The notes under the pieces were generated by a model. That model was not told the origin of the DNA, made no database searches, and was given only the letters and a program-made list of their open reading frames with translations. A stretch of DNA of 63,982 nt, filler included, from Basidioascus undulatus (taxonomy: Eukaryota), in the NCBI GenBank assembly GCA_000826855.1. It is 14 parts of 14 records of this genome, joined end to end, with 100 filler letters (N's around TTAATTAATTAA, not from the genome) between each part and the next. Parts side by side here need not be neighbours in the genome. Positions count along the whole stretch, not along the records: positions 54,925 to 57,920 come from JTLS01002564.1; positions 58,021 to 61,016 come from JTLS01002565.1; positions 61,117 to 63,982 come from JTLS01002595.1; 11 more parts are not named here. One strand, 5' to 3'. The position numbers and the translations under genes are program-made. The number at the start of each line of letters is the position of its first letter. Position 1 is the stretch's first letter. Positions 57,131 to 63,982 of this stretch are shown here, piece after piece.

Positions 57131-57920
57131 ATGGCGACCCGACGACAGCAGGGCGGCTCTGCGCGCGCTGCGGAGGGCGCGCTCGAGGCGTTCGAGATCT
57201 GTGCGTTGCTTGGTTGGTCGATGGGAGGCGGGGGGGGGAGAGTGGGCGCTGATGCGGGCGCGGCGATGCTGGATGGAGAGATAGTTAAGCGCAAACACTG
57301 CAAGCAGAACAAGGAGATTATTGTGTGCGTTTTCATATGCTTTTGATGAGGAGATAGGGAGTTATGAGGGATGAGCTGAACGGGGAGGTGGGTGCGGGTG
57401 CAGAAACAACACGCTCCTCAACCTCCGGAACCAAGAACTCCAGCTCGAGCTGCACAAGCTCTACGACGAAAACACCCAGCTCCGCGTCGCCTTTTCCAGC
57501 CTGCGGGCACAGCAGCAGCAGCAGGTGCGTCCCATCTCTCCCATCACCCGCCCTGTCTTCCCACTCACCTTCCCCTCCCGTCCACCCCGCAGGTTCCCAC
57601 CGCCGCGCTAGACGCCATCATCACCTCCCTCCAGTCCCTCCGCTCCTCCGCCGCATCCGCTCCCATCCCCATCTCCGCACCCCCCATCCCTACCGTCCGA
57701 CCAACAGTCCAGCCCGTCCCGCGGCAGCAGCTCGCCGCCCCGCCCTCGCTACCCTCCCTTGCCGAGGACGGCGACGGCGACGACTCGTACCCGTCCCCGT
57801 CCCCGTCCCCGTCCCCGTCCCCGCCGAGCTCGCCCGAGCTCGCGCCCGCAGCTGTGCCCGTGCCTGTGCGCGCGGAGAAGCGGAATAGGAGGAGGGAGAG
57901 CGGGATGCTCCCGCCCCCGA
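57131..57920 (+). CDS. SGO1: Shugoshin N-terminal coiled coil; 3' end truncated
   Basis: Spliced ALEAFEI|FKRKHCKQNKEIIV|NNTLLNLRNQELQLELHKLYDENTQLR matches the shugoshin N-terminal pattern (KR..KQN.EI...N.....R..L......L..EN..LR). The C-terminal SGO motif is not in the contig. Confidence 0.78.
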
Positions 57921-58020
57921 NNNNNNNNNNNNNNNNNNNNNNNNNNNNNNNNNNNNNNNNNNNNTTAATTAATTAANNNNNNNNNNNNNNNNNNNNNNNN
58001 NNNNNNNNNNNNNNNNNNNN

Positions 58021-58733
58021 AACCTCCCACCCTCGCCGCCGACTCGAAATCAGAAGACGCACCTGATCTGTGGCCCCTTACTCATCTTGACTCCCAGCCC
58101 AAGTCCCACTTCGTCTCCCTCACCCAGCGATCCAGCGCCCTCCAGCCCCAGAGCGTTCGGCGGCTCGCCCGTCCCGCCTCCACCGGGTACGCCGACCCTT
58201 CCGACCTGCCTGGCAAAAGCGCTCGGGGGCGGGCCTGCCGTCGGACGCCCGATCCCAATACTCCTCCTCGCCGGCTCCCCCGCGCCCCCACCCTCCTCCA
58301 GCAGACTCGGCACGACGTCCTCGTCCCCGGCAGAGATGACCTGCGCGTGCGCTAGCGGGCTGGGAAAGCTCGGGGCCGTCTCGAAGTGGTGGCGTGTTCG
58401 TCTGGGGGGTGCGGGCGCAGTGGGGAGGTCGCCCTCGTCGAGGAAGAAGATGCCCGAGGTCGCGCGCGGGCGGACGCGCGGGGAGGACGTGGGGGAGGGG
58501 CCGGAGTCGTCGTCGGTCGAGGTGGGCGACCCGCGCGGGGTCTGGTACGCCGCCGCGGTCGCCCCCGCGGCGGAGGTGGTGGTCGAGAGGCGGTGCGGCG
58601 TCGGGATGGGGCGCGTCGTGGGCGGGGCGGGGGTTAGCGGCGGCGGCGGCTGGTTTGGCGGGTGGGTCGGAGGGCTCCTGCGCGCGTCGGAGGAGGCGTC
58701 GGAGGGCGCCCGCCGGGGCGGCGTTCTGGACAT
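58021..58733 (-). CDS. Hypothetical Pro/Ser-rich protein, first exon
   Basis: About 225 open codons from the ATG at 58733, ending at a GTGCGT donor (about 58062). The contig ends in the intron; no domain recognised. Confidence 0.5.
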
Positions 58734-61116
58734 GGAGGATGGGGATGGGGACAGGGACGGGAACGGGACGAGGAGGGGATGTGCGGCGTCGTCCCGGTTG
58801 GCTTCACTGGCTCATTGGCGGGCTGGAGGGGGATGACCTGCGGATGGACGATGGACAGCGTTAAGGTTAGTGTGCGGGTGTGAGAGGCCAAGAGCAGCGT
58901 TGAGCATCGATATGCAATGGCGATTGGGAATTGCGATAGCGGCGGCCCATTGCAGAGCCAATCCCTCCTCGTCCATGTCGCACCGCTCGAGCCACATCGT
59001 CCTCCGCCCGCAATTCGCCCCCCACAGAATCAACGCAACGCTCACAGTCCAAGTGTGATGCGGTCGACGCCAGCGAGCGAGAAGAGTCCCTAGGGACGCG
59101 GTGAGAGTCGAAGTCGGCGGCCGGGGGGGTCGATAGGCAATGTTCGGCGGGCCGGGGAGGAGGGAGCAGGAAGCAATTGGAAAGTGAGTGGCGGCTGGTG
59201 CTGCGATAACAAGATAGTATGTGTGTCAGGTCCTGGGCTGCTCGAGCGAGAGCTACCGTCGGGCGGGAAGCGAGGATGAGGATCGCCTCAGTTGGGCTTG
59301 ATGCTCGGGGTGCCTTGCCTCGCCTTACACCGGAGGCGAAGCTTGAGCTATTCCACCGGGCCGACAGGGTGTGCTCGGCGCTAGAGGCGCGGTTATGTCC
59401 GGATGCGATTGAAAGAGAGAGGCTCACGCAGGACAATGGGTCGGCGCGAGGAGGGCAGGGAAGGAAGTTAGGCGCGGGTAAGGTGCGCGTCGCAGCGGGC
59501 AGCAGGGGCGCGATGGAAGGTCGGGCGAGGGGAGAATGTCGGCTGGGAAAGGGTAATGGAGAGTGTCGGTCGTGTGAGGAGGGCGTTCGATGATGATATG
59601 GGTGTGTGGGTGTCTAAATGTAGAGCACTACTGCGCATGGAGAACGAGAGAAGCAGGCACTCGACCGTCAGTTTCAGTCCAGCAGCCGACGACCCACAGC
59701 TCTTCCTCTCCCTGCAGCTGCCTACGCCCACACACCATGCCCGGTATCCCATACCCGCACCACCCACCCCCCTCCCCCCAACACACACTCACCTAACCAC
59801 TCCTCCAACTCCAGCAGCAGCAGCGCCAGCACCAGCCTAGCCAGCGAGCGAGCTCAAGCGCGCGCCGCTCTTCCAGGCGCAGATAGTCCTACTTTTGAGC
59901 CGCCGTCGTGCGCTTATCGGTTCCGGGTTCTGGACCTTCTCGAGGATAAAAAGAGACGCAGGAGCAGCTATAGGAGAACGAAACGACACGGTGGGATCCC
60001 ACTAGCGCAGCTTGGGAACATGGAGCGCGCCGGCTCGCGCTAGGGTGTTTGTCGTGGTTACGGTTGCTCGTGTGCCGGGCTCAGAGGTTCAGCACTGCGA
60101 GATGTGCATGAGTCCACCAGAGGGTGAAGGTTGATCAGAACATTTCCAAGATTCAACACCGTCATTCTTCCCTTATCGTTGGTCATGAGGTGCGAGCAAA
60201 GCGCGCGAACGAGCAACGGATCGATACTGATCGACATGCTGCGATAGACCTTGATCCCTCTCCACTTCACGCTCTCCCACCACTCACAATTTGGAAAGAC
60301 GCTACACAATGCAAAAATCTAGAAAAAATTTACAGAAAAAATTACAGAAGAATCAGAGAGACAGTCCCGCGTAAGAGGTGCATCCCGCAAACAATCACTT
60401 CGCAACCCCTTCCGCAGTAGTGCTCTCAATGCTTTCAAGTGCTTTCGAAAAATGCGAGCCTCAAAGCTCCCAGCCAAGAATCACATGTTATTATAAGCAC
60501 GACACTTCCTCTCAAAGGCTCCGGCTCCGTCCCAAGGAGCTGCACTGCGGGCCCCGGGGCGCTCTGTGACCGACACTCGCACATTCCCACGCCCACGCAG
60601 CAGCGAACTCCCCTCCTCTCGCCTGTCACCCTCAGTCGCTCAGGTCATTCAGAGCAGCCTCCGACGACTTTATGCAACGGAGGCACCTTCATAGAACCTG
60701 CATTCAATTTGCTGTACCTTTTCTTTTTCCTGGCGCCGTCAGTCGATGGGGTGCGAGGTCGTGAGAGATGATGGGTTGGGAGTTGAAAGCGGATGTTAAT
60801 TGCCTCGATGAAAAGGATTGAAATGCTCGAGCGAGTGCGGTACAGAAGGAGGATGAGGAGCGGCAGTGAATCCCCGCCGCCTGCCTTATCGAGATGACTG
60901 GCGTCGAAGCGCTTCGCTCGAGCTCGAAACCCGGGCCCCCCTCCCCCCTGTCCCTCTCCCACATCTGGAACTCATACTTGACGCCCCTCTCCTCCACCTC
61001 TCCTCTTTGCACCTCGNNNNNNNNNNNNNNNNNNNNNNNNNNNNNNNNNNNNNNNNNNNNTTAATTAATTAANNNNNNNNNNNNNNNNNNNNNNNNNNNN
61101 NNNNNNNNNNNNNNNN

Positions 61117-61345
61117 CTCCTTCCGCCCCGCCATGGCTCGCGCACCCAAGCTCCCCGCCGCTCCCTTCCCTCGCACCGGAAAGCCCGCCCAGCGCCCCGC
61201 CCCCGCCCCTGCCCCCGCGCGGCGCGAGCTGCACCCCGAGCTGCGGGATCTCGCCTCGAACGCAGAGGGGCTCAGCCTCGGCGGCGGCCCGGCGGAGACG
61301 GCCGGGAGCGCTCTCGGGGACGTCTTTTTGGAGGAGTGGCTCTGA
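61117..61345 (+). CDS. 3' end of a hypothetical protein
   Basis: GC-rich frame open from the contig edge to DVFLEEWL*, followed by UTR-like, more T-rich sequence. Confidence 0.4.
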
Positions 61346-61795
61346 GGGGGTGCGCTGGACCGGGATGAGGGGGTTGTTTGGATGCGTTGTGAGGAAGAGA
61401 GGAGGATGGGACTAAGGCCGCAGGCTTGACGACGTGATGAGACTTGATTGTTTGGTGTTTTGCTTGATGCTGTTTTCCCACATAATGGATATACGACTTG
61501 TGTGATACTGCGGATGGTCAACTTGTTCTGTTGGTTATTAATAGATTAGGGCTGTTTGACGTGATACCCTTGTGCTGGAACGGGCGGATTGTCTGTGACG
61601 CCTAGTCCCAGCAAAAGAAGCTTGTGCTTGCGGATCTTCGCGGTGGCATACGAAGGTCGGAAAGGATCCACGCTGGACCGATACGCTCTGACGGCAAACA
61701 GGAGCACTTTCAACGCGCAATGAGCGATCCAGCCCACTTGAGCGGGTAGGCACTGCTTCGAAATGTCATGCCTGACTCATCCCAGACGTCCTTAC

Positions 61796-62734
61796 GCTAC
61801 AACACAACGACTCTGCGCCTCCAACGCCTCTTCGAGCGACATGCCCTCCCAGTCCCACAGCGTACCGTCCAGCAGCCTCGTCCGCAACTCGGCAGCGAGG
61901 TCCACCGACGTCACGCAATGTCTCCCGTCCGCAGCAGGGTCACCTAGAAGAACGGAAAATTGAAAAGTCTGGGATGCCTCGTGTTAATCTCGCAGCTGAG
62001 CAACAAAGAGTCATCGGCCTTGTCCGGCAGGACAAGAGGCGCGCGTTCGAGCATGGGCATTGCGACCAAAGACAGAGCGAAGCCTTCGAGACGGATCCTC
62101 AGCGGTGATGTGCTTTTATTCACAAGATGGGTCAACGAGGTGAGCTTTGCAAGCGTGTTTACGCTGTTTAGCAAGAGCGTATCGTCGGCAATGCACAGCC
62201 GCTGAAGCCGAAGGTGAGTTGTGTCCCGCACTGAAAACTCACCGCGAAGGAGGAACGAGGTGCCCGGCACACGGTCATGGTCATCCCAGGTAGACTTGAT
62301 GGAATACGGCACGCCGGATGTCATCTGTACGCGAATCCTTGAGCATTTGCAGAAAGCATCGATCGTGACCAAGCGGCGCAGAGTCGGACAAATGGCTCCC
62401 ATGGCCTCGGTAAGAGCTACGAATATATGGTCTCCCACTGCGGTGGCTGCCTGGCTGCAAGACGGCCTCAATGTCACAAAGCGCAAGCGACTCGATGAGC
62501 AGTAGCGGCTGAAGGGTGCGTCCGCCAGGTTGACCGCGCCCAGCGACAGCACAGATAATCCGCAGATCGAACGGTAGAGATGCCTAATCACGATGTCCCT
62601 CACGTCGCGCGAGACGAGCGTGAGCGCGAGAAGTGTCCACGACGTTGCGGGCTCGCCCGTACGAGAGGATACGACGAAGCCGCGAGCTGTTCAGCAGCGA
62701 GCGCGACGATGTCGAGCGGTATCGAATTGGGCAT
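61796..62734 (-). pseudogene. F-box/LRR-like gene, frameshifted
   Basis: MPNSIPLDIVALAAEQL shifts frame before TLLALTLVSRDVRDIVIRHLYRSI (F-box-like). LxxL repeats follow (CPTLRRL, LQRLCI, LTSLTHL). Confidence 0.55.
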
Positions 62735-62924
62735 GATGCCAAAGCTTGATAAGGGAAATCGGTCTTCGTGAGATTCGAGATCGAGCAGAGTACGCGAGAG
62801 AGTGCTCTAGGTACGTCGAACTTACGGAGAGGTCCGCCGAAGTCGTCGCTTCGCCACGATACCCTTCTCTCTTCGACCCTCGACATCTCATTGTCCACTT
62901 GTCACCGCCTTCCACTAGACGACC

Positions 62925-63671
62925 ATGGCCGCCACCCGCCGCCCGCGCCCCATCCGCCTCTGTCGGACCTGCAAATCGTCCACTCGTCCAGACGGGCGCA
63001 AGCTGAGCCTGTGCGGGCGGTGCGAAGCTGGTACGTCAATCAGATACTCCATTTGCCGCCAGCCGATATGGTGTCATACTGCTCAAAGGACTGCCAGGTC
63101 CAAGACCGGCCGCGGCACCGGACGACGTGTTTCGCGCACCTGGCGTTGCTGCAGCCGGCCGACGCGTCCCTGCTGTGCGCTATGGGAGACTTCGTCTGCG
63201 GCGCGGGAGGTTCTTCCTCCTAGCTGGCACGCTCGGTCTACAACTCCACCAGGACTCCGCGAACTCCGGTCCCACGCGCTGAGGATCCACGCGCACCCCT
63301 GCTCAGCTACGAGATCCGAGCCGGTCTCGTTCGAGATTGTGCGCTGCGAAGAGGTCAGGGACGACGCGAAGGGGACTTGCTGGGCGGACGTCAGGCGAAG
63401 GAGTGTCGGAGTGTCGGATGGGAGAATCCAGGTCGGGAGTTGACGGACTTCGAAGCTGCTCCTGAGTTTCCGTGATGCGTGGGGCCGGAACGACCGCGAT
63501 CGCTCACCCTGACCTACACACAGTCCATCGGAGGACACCGGCTCGGCCACGGTGATTTCCTGCGTCAACGACCACGCAGTATGCCGCGCCTATCCCTTCA
63601 CGAGAGACCATATTCAGGAGGACTATGGGACAATTGAGGTGGGCGATCAGTGGTGGCATGGCTGGAAATGA
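62925..63671 (+). pseudogene. MYND zinc-finger protein, disrupted
   Basis: CRTC..LSLCGRC|..YCSKDCQVQDRPRHRTTC has the MYND pattern, with the conserved W replaced by R. It needs a 32-nt intron, and a frameshift or stop follows near 63200-63223. Confidence 0.7.
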
Positions 63672-63982
63672 ATGCTGCAGGAATCGGTCGTGTCTTAAAT
63701 GCAGTCACCGACGTACGCATGAAAGACAATGAGCTGCGCGAGCGCACCAAAGAAGGCCTCTCAGAAGTCAGATGTGTTGCAAGTTTGCACAGCTCGCTTT
63801 TCCAAAAATCAAACAGTATTTGCTCAACTCCCAGTCCAAAAAGCCATCATCCCCCACGCAGTCCCACCGGCAGTCCCATCCGCAAACCCTCGTCCGCCGA
63901 TGGTACAACAATCATCTTCACATCAATATGCAATAACCCACTCTCAACACCAACCATCAAGAAGCCCCATCTGCCCTCTCCT

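Noticed and set aside
57789..57824. (CCCGTC)n hexamer run
   Set aside because: Encodes a Ser-Pro repeat in the shugoshin-like CDS; ordinary low complexity.
60645..61016. Possible 3' end of a minus-strand gene
   Set aside because: Frames conflict and no domain is recognisable.

Overview
This window is not prokaryotic and is not one continuous locus. It is 14 fungal contigs (thirteen of about 3 kb and one of 23.8 kb at 18604-42415) joined by 13 artificial 100-nt N44-TTAATTAATTAA-N44 linkers. The genes are GC-rich, with many short spliceosomal introns (GTGCGT/GTGAGT donors, CTGAC/CTAAC branch sites). This suggests a basidiomycete yeast, probably Pucciniomycotina/Microbotryomycetes (inference). 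The ORF track is therefore mostly misleading, and all gene models below were spliced by hand. Recognisable genes: a questin-oxidase/AflY-family protein, a secreted LysM protein, an O-fucosyltransferase-like fragment, an 8-Cys small secreted protein, the 5' end of an acyl-CoA synthetase, BNA6, the 3' end of a PhnP-like hydrolase, a nitrilase, a YCF1-type ABCC transporter, ESS1/Pin1, a spherulin cupin, a RhoGAP, tRNA-Ser(GCT), a flavodoxin-like quinone reductase, and divergent RAP1 and SGO1 genes. Decayed sequence: esterase, GNAT, SDR, F-box-like and MYND pseudogenes, a LINE RT fragment and a Helitron relic. The most unusual object is a gene of about 27 introns at 18625-24027. It splices into one open frame: SF1B (Upf1-like) helicase fold, CCCH zinc finger, ankyrin repeats, ClpB-type AAA+. 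Both NTPase modules have lost their visible catalytic residues, so it may be an RNA-sensing pseudo-ATPase scaffold.
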